Assembly: GCA_902787365.1 (NCBI GenBank)
Contig: CADAGC010000013.1
Coordinates: 2,893-66,892 of the forward strand
From: an uncultured Ruminococcus sp.
Lineage (GTDB): Bacteria; Bacillota; Clostridia; Oscillospirales; Ruminococcaceae
Length of the DNA stretch: 64,000 nt
Reading direction: 5' to 3'
The notes under the pieces are model-generated. The model saw only the letters and a program-made list of their open reading frames with translations. It did no database searches and was not told the DNA's origin. Positions 63,821-64,000 of the stretch are shown here, one piece after another; positions within the stretch are counted from its first letter, which is position 1, and each line of letters opens with the position of its first letter. The position numbers and the translations under genes were made by a program.

Positions 63821-64000
63821 GTCAGACCTCCGGACTCGCGGGGATAGCCTGCTGGATAAACAGCTTCTACCGTCTCACCGGCGACAGGGCGATAGACAAA
63901 AAGCACCCGACCGTCGCGAAGATGAAGGAATGGGTCGATAAGGAGTACGAAAACGTCAGAGTCACCGTCATAAGCGACGACGAGCTCAATGCGCTCGCCG
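63799..64000 (+). CDS. Re-citrate-synthase-like, fragment 3 (runs off window)
   Basis: Frame 1 from 63799 reads PPPLVAVSQTSGLAGIACWINSFYRLTGDRAIDKKHPTVAKMKEWVDKEYENVRVTVISDDELNALA, a plausible continuation. Confidence 0.6.

Noticed and set aside
1-64000. Prophage, integrative element or known defence island
   Set aside because: No integrase, transposase, recombinase, phage structural gene, restriction-modification, toxin-antitoxin or cas gene could be recognised in any frame. The only mobile-like features are the small non-autonomous repeats.

Overview
Chromosomal segment (~50% GC) from a Firmicute, probably a cellulolytic Ruminococcus-like Clostridia member. The taxon guess rests on a type-I dockerin protein, a GH5 cellulase, Listeria-Bacteroides (Flg_new) repeats and typical Gram-positive SD sites and promoters. 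No rRNA, tRNA, CRISPR array, transposase or integrase is visible. All calls come from reading the translations and DNA by eye; no database search was possible. Content, left to right: carB 3' part, metG, feoAB plus a Cys-rich mini-protein, pfkB-family 1-phosphofructokinase, MATE exporter, a candidate NiCo (czcD-type) riboswitch plus CDF exporter, PmbA/TldD, Sfp-type PPTase. Next: a ~900-aa orphan gene split into three ORFs, kptA plus NusG-II plus Gx-transporter, and a five-gene Ser/Thr-phosphosignalling operon (Hanks kinase, Zn-ribbon-FHA, PP2C, S1 protease-TM-FHA, PP2C). Then: trkA (frameshifted), trkH, a YtrA-type GntR/ABC operon with two paralogous large permeases, a lipoprotein and a 1315-aa orphan helical protein. 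Finally: a tightly coupled dus-LRR-AKR(FeS)-GH3 operon, a 1460-aa dockerin protein, GH5, a sucrose PTS regulon fused to ptsH-ptsI, an HD-GYP protein, a truncated lipoprotein-like remnant and a disrupted Re-citrate-synthase-like gene. Most notable: (1) the kinase/FHA/PP2C/protease operon. (2) A family of mosaic, hairpin-rich, MITE-like intergenic elements bounded by inverted runs of the octamer ATGCATAA, which supply the TAA stop codon of six flanking genes. (3) Two giant orphan helical proteins. (4) A repeat-dense 450-bp non-coding region upstream of metG. (5) Five independently disrupted genes, three of them at homopolymer runs, so assembly error must be excluded before calling pseudogenes.
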